Below the pieces are notes generated by a model. The model was given only the letters and a program-made list of their open reading frames with translations. It was not told the DNA's origin and made no database searches. From IMG/VR virus record IMGVR_UViG_3300020582_000006, positions 21,314 through 85,313 of that record: 64,000 nucleotides of DNA, one strand, 5' to 3'. The position numbers were made by a program, and so were the translations under genes. Position 1 is the first letter of the stretch; each line of letters starts with the position of its first letter. This document shows positions 1-10,210 of the stretch, one piece after another. This DNA comes from a virus.

Positions 1-369
1 GGCTTCACTTGTGTGATCGTCTCGACGATCAGCCCGATCCTCGACGACAATACTTACCGGCAAGTGCTCCAGTGTCGCGTCTTCCAGAATCACTGGGACG
101 GTCAGATCGGCTCACTCGGTCCCTTCTGGCAGACGGTATTCCCGGGCGGGACGATCACACTGCTCGATCACATGAACATGACCGCGACGGTCACCGTGGG
201 CGGCGATTTCAGCTCGATCCTGATCGACCTGATTCTGAACGGCTATATTGTGCCGCGGCCGCAGGCAGTGCTCTACACTTACGCGCTCGCTACGACCACG
301 CTGCCGGTCTTCGGCTTCGATGAATCGACGCCTTATGTCGCCGGTTTCGATCTTGGCCACTTTCTCTGA
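1..369 (+). CDS. DUF2612-like phage baseplate protein (5' truncated by window)
   Basis: Frame is open from base 1. Motifs LDDNTYR..L...N.WDG, IVPRP and C-terminal FGFD/GFD are typical of DUF2612 baseplate proteins. Confidence 0.75.
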   Translation, partial: GFTCVIVSTISPILDDNTYRQVLQCRVFQNHWDGQIGSLGPFWQTVFPGGTITLLDHMNMTATVTVGGDFSSILIDLILNGYIVPRPQAVLYTYALATTTLPVFGFDESTPYVAGFDLGHFL

Positions 370-383
370 AAGGACTTTGAACC

Positions 384-854
384 ATGGGGCAGTTTTTACA
401 GTGGAACCCTTCTGAAGCGAATCAGGATCCGGACGCTGTCTATCAGACCGATCCGCTGCGCGTCAATGGCATTGCGACCAATGCCACATTTCCTTCACCC
501 ACGGCGAACAAGCTGTTCTATCAGCTTTCGACGTTCGTCACGGCGCTCGCCCAGGTGATGGTGGCCAAAGGTTACACGATCGATGACGCGTCGCTCTCGG
601 CGCTTGAGACGAACCTCGCCGGCATCGTCACCGGCAAAGACAATCCTACTTTCAATCTTCTGACGGCCGCTTCCATTCTTTCGACCACCGGCCTGCAGTC
701 GTATGGCGGCGTCGAATCGGGCGAAGTGGGCGTGCAGGTGGGTCAGTTCGCCTGCGTCGACGTGAGCCTGACCAAACGAAGCGGCTTCACCGGCACGCTG
801 GCGCAGGCCGTCGCAGCGGGCGCAAGCGTAGTCGGCGGCATCATCGTTCCCTGA
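384..854 (+). CDS. Tail fibre base/anchor protein
   Basis: AAGGA RBS. ANKLFYQLSTFVTALAQ resembles the N-terminal anchor of myovirus tail fibres, and the gene follows the baseplate gene. Confidence 0.6.
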   Translation: MGQFLQWNPSEANQDPDAVYQTDPLRVNGIATNATFPSPTANKLFYQLSTFVTALAQVMVAKGYTIDDASLSALETNLAGIVTGKDNPTFNLLTAASILSTTGLQSYGGVESGEVGVQVGQFACVDVSLTKRSGFTGTLAQAVAAGASVVGGIIVP

Positions 855-876
855 ATCCAAAGGAGCTAACTCAAAA

Positions 877-1581
877 ATGACACCTTCGGTTAATGCGCCG
901 ACGACTCCGGTCGTGGGAACCAACGGCGGCAAGATCGGTGCAGCAGCAGTCTGGACCGGCACAAACGTTCTGGGCAATGCAACCGATGCTGGCTTTGTGG
1001 CCAGCGGCTTGAATCTGGTCGGAGCTGTTCCGGCGCTCAATTTTATAAGCGCCACAACCCCTGCAACGTCATGGCTGCAGATCGTGGCAGGGGCCGGCGC
1101 GTCTTACTGGATCACTCCAGGCGCATTGCAGATGCAGGCAGCGGGTGACATTCAGTTCAACCTCAACGGAGTTCTCCGCTGGGATATCAGCAATGGCTAC
1201 GGCGGCGCGCTGATACCTGGAGCTGACAATGCTAATCCGATCGGCGTTACCAATGCAGCGGGAGTCAACACGATTTCACCCTCTTATGTCTCCGCTTACC
1301 AGTTCCGCCCGGTGACCGCCAGATCGACCATCAACGGTTCGACGTCCGGAAGCATTGTTGTCACGAATCCCTTCACGGGATCAGCGAACCGAAAGGTAAT
1401 CATCGTCCTGCAGAATCTGACTGGCACGGCCAGTTTCAGCTTCTCTCAGGTCTGGAGCTTCCTGCCGGGAATCTTCGCGCCGACGACGGCGCTCGCTGCC
1501 GCAGTTACATCGCTTACCACTTCCGGCGCCACCATCACCGGATCCGGCACGTCGGGCGTGATCATCCTCGAGGGCTTCTAA
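877..1581 (+). CDS. Tail fibre-associated protein (G/T/S/A-rich, beta-rich)
   Basis: AAGGAG RBS, composition, and position in the tail module. Confidence 0.55.
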   Translation: MTPSVNAPTTPVVGTNGGKIGAAAVWTGTNVLGNATDAGFVASGLNLVGAVPALNFISATTPATSWLQIVAGAGASYWITPGALQMQAAGDIQFNLNGVLRWDISNGYGGALIPGADNANPIGVTNAAGVNTISPSYVSAYQFRPVTARSTINGSTSGSIVVTNPFTGSANRKVIIVLQNLTGTASFSFSQVWSFLPGIFAPTTALAAAVTSLTTSGATITGSGTSGVIILEGF

Positions 1582-1584
1582 AGC

Positions 1585-3660
1585 ATGACCCAAAAACGGG
1601 TAATATTATTACCGCTTTTCGGCTTACTGCTGACTGCGCAGACGCCTTTGCCGCCTACGACGCCCATTGTGGGCACCAATGGCGGCCGCGCCGGGACGTT
1701 GCCGATCTGGACCGGCCCGAACATCCTCGGCAACGCCTCGCCCTCGCAGCTTTCCGCCGCTGTCGCCAATCCCAACATTCAAATCAACAGCGCCAATTAC
1801 GGTCTGGTCACCGTTCCGAACGGCATCGCTGACGGCTCGCTGGCCTTTGCCTCCATGAATGATGCGTGTGTGCGACAAGGCTCAGGATCGGTCGTAGTGC
1901 AGGCCGGGTCTTTCTCGAATGGCGCTATGGGGCCGATCATCGAGAATCCTTACTGTCCCTGGACGGGAGGCGGTCAGCGCGTCACCATGATCCAGCCGTC
2001 GAACGGCACGTCTTCCACGGTCTTTCAGGGCGCTGTCGCCGGTTATGCGGGAGGCGTGATCGTCAATCGTTCCGCCACGGGCAACACCGGATCCAACTCT
2101 TACATCGTCTCGACCGGCGTCTCGCATATGACCGTTTTCGGGAACGGTATCCATGCGACCGGCACCACGCCGTGCATCGAGGAGTACGGGATCAACCTCA
2201 CGCATGAGGATCTCGAAGTCTTCGGCTGCCGCGCCAACGGCCTCGAATACGACTACAATCCCATGGCGGCCGAACCGCCCTCCGTCGCCCTCGCCGGCTC
2301 GCATGAGAATCACGTTCACCGGCTGAATATTCATCACAACGGCGTGGACGTCACCAATAACGATGCCGTCATCACGCCGTGGGCTGTCGGCCTGTCGATT
2401 GACGCGGACGCGGATCAGGACGTCGGGGACATTCTGGTCTATAACAGCGCCTGCCATAACCTGTTCCTGGGGCACAATGCCGCCGCTGTGATCGGCGGCG
2501 ACTTCCATCTGTTCGCGCCGGGCGTCGGCTGCACCAACCTCGTGGAAGAGTCGGCTTCCAACCAGATCCATACCCTGGCAGCGGAAGGCGGGCAAGGCAC
2601 GGTCGGCGGCGGCTACGCGGTGTGTCAGATGGTCATCATGGGGCTGGATAATCAGCTTACCGACCTCTATCCCTTCGAGCCCCAGGTCGAGAACAATGCC
2701 ACCTGCGGCATCAAAGCCGGTCAGTCGAATGGCGAGATTCCCTATCCCGGCCAGTGGTGGCAAACCCTTGCAGGCGATGTCTCGACGCCGATTGTGACCA
2801 CTGCGACCGGCACGATGGGGACCAATACGCTCACCATCACCGGCTCGACTGCCGGCATCGTCAACGGCCAGTTTGTGCTGATCGGCGGACGCCCGAATAA
2901 CGGCACGGCGGCTTTGACCACCGGCACGATTGCGGGCACCACGGTTACGCTCAGTTCGGCGCTGACTGCGCCGGTCAATGGATCGGTCACCTTCGCCAAT
3001 TCGGTGACGCAGCAGGTCGCTGTGCTGCAGTCGAGGATGAGCTACCTGGCCACCAATACCTTCGCGCCGCAGGGCGGTTTCTGGTTCGACAATATCTTCA
3101 ATTCGGAGGTCCGGGGCCTTACCGATCTTGCCTTTAATCAGTCGGGCGCGGCTTATGTCAGCGGCACTCCCGATCAATCCAACAGCTTCGCCATTCAGGG
3201 CGCGGGTCTGACCTGTCCGGCGGGCTCGGCCTCGCTTGCGCTCTGCGGCGGCGTGCAGTTCTCGGCGGGCGGCACGTCGATCCTCAGTCTGACCGGCACC
3301 AGCGTGGCCCTGCGTAACAACCTTGCATCGGGAATCCTCGGCATTTCGAACACGTTCCGCCTGGTCAGCATCACGGAAACGCTCACCGGGAATGGCCAGA
3401 CCATTCAGGTCTTCGGCACTTCCGCCTATGAAGGCATCATTGACGTAACGCCTCCTGCAGGCGGCGCCACCGGCACGATTCTCGCTCCCGGCGCTGTCGA
3501 TGGCCAGCAGGTCGAGGTCTGCGACGTATCCGCCGCCGATCCCATCACCTTCGCGGTGCAGGCTACCTCACATATCGCGGTTCCGAATACCATCGCGTTC
3601 GGCACCTGTTCTCTCTACCGCTGGCGTGCGACCGGCACGTTGTGGTATCAGGTCCCTTAG
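1585..3660 (+). CDS. Tailspike/beta-helix receptor-binding-like protein with hydrophobic N-terminus
   Basis: 691 aa, G/N/T-rich, with beta-helix-like repeats after an N-terminal YG..DG..A segment. Signal-peptide-like start MTQKRVILLPLFGLLLTAQ. Confidence 0.55.
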   Translation: MTQKRVILLPLFGLLLTAQTPLPPTTPIVGTNGGRAGTLPIWTGPNILGNASPSQLSAAVANPNIQINSANYGLVTVPNGIADGSLAFASMNDACVRQGSGSVVVQAGSFSNGAMGPIIENPYCPWTGGGQRVTMIQPSNGTSSTVFQGAVAGYAGGVIVNRSATGNTGSNSYIVSTGVSHMTVFGNGIHATGTTPCIEEYGINLTHEDLEVFGCRANGLEYDYNPMAAEPPSVALAGSHENHVHRLNIHHNGVDVTNNDAVITPWAVGLSIDADADQDVGDILVYNSACHNLFLGHNAAAVIGGDFHLFAPGVGCTNLVEESASNQIHTLAAEGGQGTVGGGYAVCQMVIMGLDNQLTDLYPFEPQVENNATCGIKAGQSNGEIPYPGQWWQTLAGDVSTPIVTTATGTMGTNTLTITGSTAGIVNGQFVLIGGRPNNGTAALTTGTIAGTTVTLSSALTAPVNGSVTFANSVTQQVAVLQSRMSYLATNTFAPQGGFWFDNIFNSEVRGLTDLAFNQSGAAYVSGTPDQSNSFAIQGAGLTCPAGSASLALCGGVQFSAGGTSILSLTGTSVALRNNLASGILGISNTFRLVSITETLTGNGQTIQVFGTSAYEGIIDVTPPAGGATGTILAPGAVDGQQVEVCDVSAADPITFAVQATSHIAVPNTIAFGTCSLYRWRATGTLWYQVP

Positions 3661-3662
3661 TC

Positions 3663-3818
3663 ATGCGCCAGGACAAGATATTTCGAACCGTCCGGTTCCT
3701 CCGCTATTGGGTCTTGCGCGGCGCGGGTCGCCGCTATCAGGAAGGCGAGACAGCCGAACTGGTCGACTGGCTCGCCCTCAAGATGGTCCTCGATGGCGTG
3801 GCGGAGTTCGTGCGATGA
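3663..3818 (+). CDS. Small hypothetical protein (51 aa)
   Basis: ATG at 3663 directly follows the previous stop, and its stop overlaps the next start as ATGA. Confidence 0.5.
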   Translation: MRQDKIFRTVRFLRYWVLRGAGRRYQEGETAELVDWLALKMVLDGVAEFVR

Positions 3819-4192
3819 AACTGATCGAACAAGCGAAGGCGCTGGGAGTAAGAACCTGGCTCTGGTCGGCCGCGATCGGCCTCATGTTCTCACTATTGGG
3901 CGTTTCCGCGGCCTGGACCGATGGCTATGAGAAAGCGCAGTCGAGCGCCTATAACGAGACGCTGCGCGGGCTGCTCATCCTCGCGCGCACGCCGGGCGAA
4001 GTCGGCTTCATGCAGATGGTCACCACCTGGGGCGGCAACCTCGGGCGGCAAAACGACCGGCTGATGTATGCGCTCCAGCATCCCGGGTCTTACAAGCCTC
4101 CCGTTCCCGAAGCAACCCCGGATGAATACGCGAAGGCGCTTGCCGAACAGCTGCGCAAGCATCCTCTGCCGCCGACCAGGGAAAAACGTTAA
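3815..4192 (+). CDS. Membrane protein, possibly lysis-related
   Basis: Start at ATGA overlap. One N-terminal TM helix (WLWSAAIGLMFSLLGVSAAW). Confidence 0.5.
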   Translation: MKLIEQAKALGVRTWLWSAAIGLMFSLLGVSAAWTDGYEKAQSSAYNETLRGLLILARTPGEVGFMQMVTTWGGNLGRQNDRLMYALQHPGSYKPPVPEATPDEYAKALAEQLRKHPLPPTREKR

Positions 4193-4204
4193 GATGGAAC
4201 GCGA

Positions 4205-4447
4205 ATGGATCCAGTGGTTCCCGATCCCGACGAAGCACTGGGAAGAAACCTGGCCGCAGCCTACCTCGCCTATTTCGAGGGCGTGAGTCTTACCACGGCG
4301 CGAAAGAAGTATATCGGCGAGAAAATCGGCGCATACTGGATCGCCCTCGCGCAGGTCGTAAGAGCGGATATGACCAGAATGACGGAAGAACGTATGCGGG
4401 GCGTGCTCGACCGGGTGGATGAGCTGTTAAACAAACCCGTACAGTAA
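4205..4447 (+). CDS. Hypothetical protein
   Basis: ORF with plausible composition, converging on the leftward operon. Confidence 0.5.
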   Translation: MDPVVPDPDEALGRNLAAAYLAYFEGVSLTTARKKYIGEKIGAYWIALAQVVRADMTRMTEERMRGVLDRVDELLNKPVQ

Positions 4448-4732
4448 TCAGTCCATCTTCTGCTGCTGCTGCCGCCGATTGCGCGGGAACGCGTGGGTTA
4501 TGGCCTGGCCGGCTTCGCAGGCTTCCTGTTCGTAAAGCGCGATCTCCTGTTCGGTCAGCGCCTCATCGGGAGACGGCAAACTGACGATGATCGAGAAATC
4601 CTCACCTTCCTCAATCACCAGCTGGATCGGCTGGGCGGCGAGTTCGTCGTAACTGACGTGGATCGAATCGCGGCCTTCCCGGCGCATGAGTACCCCCAGA
4701 ACGGCGAACGCGAACTCTTCGTGACTAGGCAT
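4448..4732 (-). CDS. Hypothetical protein
   Basis: Part of a tightly packed leftward operon. Confidence 0.55.
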   Translation of the reverse strand: MPSHEEFAFAVLGVLMRREGRDSIHVSYDELAAQPIQLVIEEGEDFSIIVSLPSPDEALTEQEIALYEQEACEAGQAITHAFPRNRRQQQQKMD

Positions 4733-5099
4733 ATAAGGATCCTTGAGCGGCTACAGCTTCGGCTGTAGCCGCTTTTTCTATTTCAAACGTGATTTCTACC
4801 CAGGGGAAGATCTGCACCAGCCAGAAGCCTTTGGCCGCGGCCATGGCATCTTCGGGCGTCTTCGCCGTGGCTACCGCATAAGGCCCATGCCGCCGAGGAT
4901 ACCAGAGGTGCTCGTGATAGACGCCGTAATCGCCCGGTTTCAGCTTCGGGCCCATATCCCAGTCCTGCGGCGCGTCGGGCGGGATCCGGTCGCAGTACAT
5001 GCGCCGTCCTCCCGGCGTCGGACAAATGAACTGGTTGCCGGATGAATTGGAGCCTGTAATCAGGTTCTCGAACGTGGCCACCCAGAGCGTTACCTTCAT
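4725..5099 (-). CDS. Hypothetical protein
   Basis: Overlaps its neighbours in the operon. Confidence 0.55.
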   Translation of the reverse strand: MKVTLWVATFENLITGSNSSGNQFICPTPGGRRMYCDRIPPDAPQDWDMGPKLKPGDYGVYHEHLWYPRRHGPYAVATAKTPEDAMAAAKGFWLVQIFPWVEITFEIEKAATAEAVAAQGSLYA

Positions 5100-5214
5100 G
5101 GCTCACCGGAAGGCCTTCGCGATGTCAGCCGAGAGACTGCAGAGCGCCGCGCCGATCACGATGCCCAACAGCAGCAGATAGCCTGCGATCAGCGGAGGAG
5201 CGTGAACCTTGCGC

Positions 5215-5574
5215 TTAGTGCTGATAGGGCGGCGTCGCCGGCGCGTGCTCTTTGGTACCGGGCGCCGGCTTGTAGCCCGTGATGTCGTATACCGACTGGC
5301 AATCCACATGACTTCTCAATTCGAGAACCGTCGCCATCTTGTCGGCCTCGTTCGCCTTCGCCAGCGCCGTGATCACGCCGTCCGTGTCGCCGCAGACATA
5401 GACCAGTCTCATCGCCGTGCGAAAGTCTTCGCCGGTCATGGTCATGTGATCGGCGGGAGCCGGTATCTGATGCGGAGGCGGCAGATCCGAGTGATTGATG
5501 CCGTTGTCAGTCAGCTGGGCGAACAGCTGTACCGCAGCCAGTGCGATCAGCGGGTATAGGACTTGCCGGTTCAT
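5215..5574 (-). CDS. Secreted/periplasmic hypothetical protein
   Basis: Signal peptide MNRQVLYPLIALAAVQLFAQ and ATGA overlap with the upstream gene. Confidence 0.55.
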   Translation of the reverse strand: MNRQVLYPLIALAAVQLFAQLTDNGINHSDLPPPHQIPAPADHMTMTGEDFRTAMRLVYVCGDTDGVITALAKANEADKMATVLELRSHVDCQSVYDITGYKPAPGTKEHAPATPPYQH

Positions 5575-6329
5575 ACTTCGGGATAGCTGGCCGCCGCGCC
5601 CGCCGGATCGGCAGGCGGAGCCGCCGCGCGAGCTCGCCGCCGCCGCTCGGTCTGTTCTTTCGAACGCTCGACAAACCCGGCGTTCTGATCGACCGGCATA
5701 TTGCGCAGCGCGACCACGCAGGGCTCGCCATTGACATGCGTCTTCTGATCGTTAAGCATGTCGATTCCGGCGTCGCATGACGGGCATCCGGCCGAATCCG
5801 CCGCCAGAGGCAAAGGCAGAGGATTCTGTTTGTCATCGACTTTGGTTCCACTCGCGACGTCGACGCGCTCGCCGCCGGGGAAGAGTGTGTCCTGTTTCGC
5901 CGCCGGCACATAGCCGATGGTCAGGCGGCACTTCTGGGCGCCCATCATGAACTCTTCGAGCTTGCGGCAGCCGATCTCATCGGCGATCTCGGCCTTGAAG
6001 CGCACTTCGAGGCGATGGCCCTGGCCGCGCTTGCCCTCGATCTCGAGCGAGACGATCTTGAACTTGTAAACCTTCGCCGTCTGGACCTCGGTCTGCATCT
6101 TGCGCAGATCCTTCTCGTTGGGACTCATCTCGATGATGGTCGAGGCCAGCTCGCCGTGCTGAATATCCGGCTCCGTAGCCTTGGTCCAGTCGGCGATCTC
6201 ATCCCATCCCATCGCTTCGATGACGTCCTGAGTGAGCGGGGCGGAGAATTTGGCGTAAGCACCGTTTTTGCGGGTGCGGCCGAAGCCTTCGAGGAGGGCG
6301 TTTGTAAAAACGATTTTACTGTTGGGCAA
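5571..6329 (-). CDS. Hypothetical phage protein
   Basis: 252 aa, GGAG RBS, TTG start. Confidence 0.65.
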   Translation of the reverse strand: MPNSKIVFTNALLEGFGRTRKNGAYAKFSAPLTQDVIEAMGWDEIADWTKATEPDIQHGELASTIIEMSPNEKDLRKMQTEVQTAKVYKFKIVSLEIEGKRGQGHRLEVRFKAEIADEIGCRKLEEFMMGAQKCRLTIGYVPAAKQDTLFPGGERVDVASGTKVDDKQNPLPLPLAADSAGCPSCDAGIDMLNDQKTHVNGEPCVVALRNMPVDQNAGFVERSKEQTERRRRARAAAPPADPAGAAASYPEV

Positions 6330-6396
6330 AGAGGTTTCTCCTGTTTGCCTTATCAGTCTACAGGGTTGGCACCGGAATTACGCAGGTTTTTCAGGC

Positions 6397-6900
6397 TTAT
6401 TCACCTAATTCCCGCAATGGTATGCGCATTTCCGGGTGTTCCAGGATGCCGTCCGGCAGTTCATAGCGGCGATCGTCCCGGTAAAGCCAGGCGCTGCGGT
6501 CAGTCGGATCCACCAGCCAGATGCACTCAATCCCCATCGCGCGATAGTCGGCAATACGCCATTCCATTTTCCGCATGGTGTCCGCGGGGGAAAGAATCTC
6601 GATCACGGCCAGCGGCGGTTCAGTGACGATGCTGCCTTCAGGTTGATACCTGCAGATGGTGATATCGGGTACGCGGAACCTTGTCGCGCTCACCTGAACG
6701 CGTTGTTCCGGCAAGCTGTATATCTTCCATTCTTTCTCGCGATCCATGAGGTATTTCAGGATCAAACCAGTCAGCCGCGCGTGATCTCGTTCGCCCAGAT
6801 TTCTCTCCTCGACAGTCCCGTCGACGAAGTCACGGTCCCCGTCCTCATAAGACGTATGCAGGTATTCGTAAAGCGCAGCTTCCATGGTGGTGGTGCTCAT
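6397..6900 (-). CDS. Uma2 family (DUF820) PD-(D/E)XK endonuclease
   Basis: EYLHTSY..DRDFVDG, PEQRVQV, FRVPD, P.AVIEILSP.D and WLVDP motifs. Confidence 0.85.
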   Translation of the reverse strand: MSTTTMEAALYEYLHTSYEDGDRDFVDGTVEERNLGERDHARLTGLILKYLMDREKEWKIYSLPEQRVQVSATRFRVPDITICRYQPEGSIVTEPPLAVIEILSPADTMRKMEWRIADYRAMGIECIWLVDPTDRSAWLYRDDRRYELPDGILEHPEMRIPLRELGE

Positions 6901-7260
6901 TTGTGGCTGACTTCCCATTCGATCCGCAGCGGCCCGAGTTGCAGCCAGAAGAACGGCTGAACCTTCGGATTGGTGGCGCCGTCGTAACGGGACGCGAAGA
7001 CCGATCCTGACTGCACCAGTTGCCAGCTACCCCGGCGGAAGATCTGCAGCTCGATTCCGAACGGCAAGCGGTAACTGCGGGGGCACGGCTTTACCTCGGC
7101 GCATACGGACGAAATCATAGAAGAACCGCCGTCCGCAGTCGAGGCATACGACTGACGTCACCCGGGCAAGCGTCTGCGGGAAAGTGGTTCGCTGGTGTCT
7201 GCAGAACCAGAGCATACAACCGATATACGAAAGGTATCAAACCGCAATTTCCTGTTCGGA

Positions 7261-7830
7261 TCAAGAATGCGCCCTCAATACGGATAATTCGATCTCAGTC
7301 AGATCCCAGGCGGCGAGAACCACCCAGGCGTCCTTGCCGATGCGCTTGAGCAGATAGGGATCGCGCGGGATGGCCTTCCAGTCCGCTTCCCACAGGATGT
7401 GGTACTTGCGCAGATCCGGGCCGGATCCGGCAGGCCGGTATTGCGGGGGAATGCGCGGCAATTTCGCGTGCAGCGTGCCGCGGTACATGACGCGCTCCGT
7501 CTCCGGCCACGGAATCTCGAAGTGCCATTCCGCGGCCTTCGACCGGTGCTCGTTGCTGAAGATCACCCTGTCCGAGTGCCAGGGATCGCAGAGGCACACC
7601 TGCTGGTCGGCTGCCATGATCGCGAGGCGCGGCCGGCCCAGCTGGTCGACGCCGGCCTTGCGGATCGCATCGTTGACGCTGATCACGGTCTTGCCGTTGG
7701 CGATGGCGCGATAGACGCGGGCGATCTCCATGTCGAGCTTGTCCCACTTCGCCCGGTTCGCCTTGTATTCTTTGAGCGCGGCATATGCCGCACTCTGCGT
7801 AACGCTTGTTCCCAATGCGAGGACGTTCAA
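7261..7830 (-). CDS. Conserved phage hypothetical protein
   Basis: TTG start with GAGGAGG RBS. C-terminal ILWEA.W..PRDPYLL...W.VLAAWDLT motif. Confidence 0.65.
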   Translation of the reverse strand: MNVLALGTSVTQSAAYAALKEYKANRAKWDKLDMEIARVYRAIANGKTVISVNDAIRKAGVDQLGRPRLAIMAADQQVCLCDPWHSDRVIFSNEHRSKAAEWHFEIPWPETERVMYRGTLHAKLPRIPPQYRPAGSGPDLRKYHILWEADWKAIPRDPYLLKRIGKDAWVVLAAWDLTEIELSVLRAHS

Positions 7831-8069
7831 ACTGATTCCTCCTCTGATGGTGGCCTGACGGTCACCACGTCGAATTGCGCTTCCGCCGCGTGTTCCATGT
7901 GGTCCGCGACTACGGCATCGTTCGCGATCAGAACATAGACCTCGCCGCCCGTGAAAGTGAACCTCCGCCGGGCGTAGGCATGTTCGGTTGTGGTGACGGC
8001 GCGGATGTCGATAATCATCCGCATCACTTCCCGGCCGAGATTGAGGCAGGCCTCGTCTTCGCGCGTCAT
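7827..8069 (-). CDS. Hypothetical protein
   Basis: 4-bp overlaps with both neighbours. Confidence 0.55.
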   Translation of the reverse strand: MTREDEACLNLGREVMRMIIDIRAVTTTEHAYARRRFTFTGGEVYVLIANDAVVADHMEHAAEAQFDVVTVRPPSEEESV

Positions 8070-8345
8070 CGGAAATCAGCCTCGCACATTCCGAGATTGG
8101 CGAGCGTGTCGCCCTCGCGATCCTCGCGCGCCTGCCGCTCGTAACAGGGCCCACAAAGCTCGTCGCCCTTCAGGCACGGCAGTCCGCAGTGATTACAGGG
8201 CCAGGTCTCAGGCGGCGGAATAGAAGCAGTGCTCACAGCGGTCCTGTCTCCCGTTCCACGATTTCGAGAATGCGCCTGAAATTGCTGCGATTGATCCAGC
8301 GGCCGCGCTGCGACCATCGCCAGAACAGGCCGATCAGATTCCAGC

Positions 8346-8567
8346 TCACAGCGGGTTCCCTTCGCCGTCCACTTCGTTCACCCGGACGCCGTACTGTTCT
8401 TCGAACATCTGCCGGGCGACGGAGGCCATAAGCTCACAATTCGCCTTCGTCGGCGGCACACCGGCCCCCAGACACATACCCTCCAGATCGAGGTGCATGT
8501 GCTCATTGGCGTCGACGTAGACGCCGTCCGAGATTCTTTTCATCCCGGCAGCCCAGTCCGGCGTCAT
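8346..8567 (-). CDS. Hypothetical protein
   Basis: ATGA-coupled to the upstream ORF. Confidence 0.55.
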   Translation of the reverse strand: MTPDWAAGMKRISDGVYVDANEHMHLDLEGMCLGAGVPPTKANCELMASVARQMFEEQYGVRVNEVDGEGNPL

Positions 8568-8824
8568 AGCGGTTCTCCCGCGATGGTTTCTCTCATCACC
8601 CCGGCGAAGGTAAACCGGCAAAGATAGATTTTCTTGCCGAACCGCTCGGCCTGCAGAGCCATCTGACTCTGGATGTCTTCGCGGGCTACCTTCGGCCCTG
8701 CGGAGACCAGGGCGATGAAACCGGCCGGGACCAGGCCCTGTTTGAGCCCGATCTCGCCCGATCCCAGTTCGTCTTCGCCTACCCAGGCGTAGAGTTCCAC
8801 GCTTTTCAGGCGTTCCGGCGTCAT
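8564..8824 (-). CDS. Hypothetical protein
   Basis: ATGA-coupled ORF. LYAWVGEDELGSGEIGLKQ motif. Confidence 0.55.
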   Translation of the reverse strand: MTPERLKSVELYAWVGEDELGSGEIGLKQGLVPAGFIALVSAGPKVAREDIQSQMALQAERFGKKIYLCRFTFAGVMRETIAGEPL

Positions 8825-8998
8825 GTGGTCCTTGCCACCTTATCGAGAATCCCTGGTACAAGCGCATCGGCGCGCATGAGAAGGTCGACGGCTTTTATAA
8901 CCCTCTCGCGGCCTTCCGCGCACAAAGGCGCGAGTGCGTGCAGGATTTCGAGCTGCGCCTCAGTCTCGCGAATGGCGGCTTCGGCCTGGTCTGCCATT

Positions 8999-10204
8999 TT
9001 ATGCCCCCAGTTCGCGCTGCAGGTCAATGAGAACGCTGTCGTAGCGTGCCGCCGGAACGAGGTCAACCGCTTCCCATCCGATCCCGGCCAGGACCATATC
9101 GAAGCGCATCGGAAAGCGATCCCTGAGACTCTCGCACATGGCGACAAAGGTTTGCTTCGCCGGATCGGTCTTCGGCGGATCGGTCTTCGGCGGGTCCTGT
9201 TTCGGCTCGGTTTTCGGCGGATCCGCTGGCTTCGCTTCTTCCTTCGGCGGATCGGGCTGCGTTTCCGACTTGCGCTGAGGCATGAGGATCATGGAGCGGT
9301 GGCGATCATCGCCGTTCTCGTCCTCATCGTCGGCTGTCGCTTCCATAGCGCCCGGATTCAATTCCATGGGCAGTTCGACCGAGAAGGCCTGCCGCTTGCC
9401 ACTCTCGGACATCTCATCGAGGTGCTGCGCGATCGCCATCTCATAAGAGGCCGGCGCGAGCTTCAGGACGCTTTTGAGCGGCGTCTTGCGGCACATCCAG
9501 TCGGGACTGTCCTTCCACGGGCCGGTGAGGATCTTGTTGCCGGCGCCGTCGAGCACAAACTCCTTCGCGCGTTTGTCTTTGTTGTAGCGGGTCTGGAAGG
9601 CCGACTGCGAATACTGATCGCGATGCGCATGGACCTGTTCGACGGTCCAGTATTCGAAGTTTCTGCCGCCGTCTTTGAGCAGATAACCGGCCCAGTAGCC
9701 CTGTACCGGGCCGCGGTCGCCGGTGCGCGGCCACTCATGCTCGAGCAGGACTTCGAAGCCTTTCTTCGCCTTGAAGTGATCTTTCTCATGAACCGGCTGC
9801 GCGTCGATCATGGCGTATTCGCCGGTGTTCAGAGCCAGCTTCACCAGGCCCTTGTAACCGACCTGCAGCTGGCATTCATAGCCGCCCTTTCTGACTGCGC
9901 CACTCGGGAGTTTGATCTCCAGCTTCGAGTTCCAGAAGGGGATGAGATAACACTGGCCTGAGAGCCCGTCCGGTTCGAGACCCATGATGGACGCCTGCAC
10001 CAGCGCCCCGGCAATCGAGTTGATGGTGCACTCTTTGAGCAGCGCAGAGCGCGAGACCGCGGTCATTCCCACGCGGATCATACGCTCGGGCGTGATGTGC
10101 TTTGGAAGCGCGGCCGCGATCTGGCCCTTGTACTTGAACAGCAGCGATTGCAGGCTGTCCACCTGCGGCGACTGAGGCGGAGGCGTCGGCTGTTGTGTTG
10201 CCAT
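8999..10204 (-). CDS. recT: RecT family single-strand annealing protein
   Basis: ALPKHITPERMIRV, GLEPD..GQCYLIPF, QVGYKGLVKLA, PW.D...M..KT and LKLAP.S.E motifs. Pro/Lys-rich DPPKT repeat linker. Confidence 0.9.
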   Translation of the reverse strand: MATQQPTPPPQSPQVDSLQSLLFKYKGQIAAALPKHITPERMIRVGMTAVSRSALLKECTINSIAGALVQASIMGLEPDGLSGQCYLIPFWNSKLEIKLPSGAVRKGGYECQLQVGYKGLVKLALNTGEYAMIDAQPVHEKDHFKAKKGFEVLLEHEWPRTGDRGPVQGYWAGYLLKDGGRNFEYWTVEQVHAHRDQYSQSAFQTRYNKDKRAKEFVLDGAGNKILTGPWKDSPDWMCRKTPLKSVLKLAPASYEMAIAQHLDEMSESGKRQAFSVELPMELNPGAMEATADDEDENGDDRHRSMILMPQRKSETQPDPPKEEAKPADPPKTEPKQDPPKTDPPKTDPAKQTFVAMCESLRDRFPMRFDMVLAGIGWEAVDLVPAARYDSVLIDLQRELGA

Positions 10205-10210
10205 GTGTTG

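Noticed and set aside
9160-9260. 15-bp tandem repeats as a regulatory array
   Set aside because: They encode the DPPKT linker of RecT in frame.
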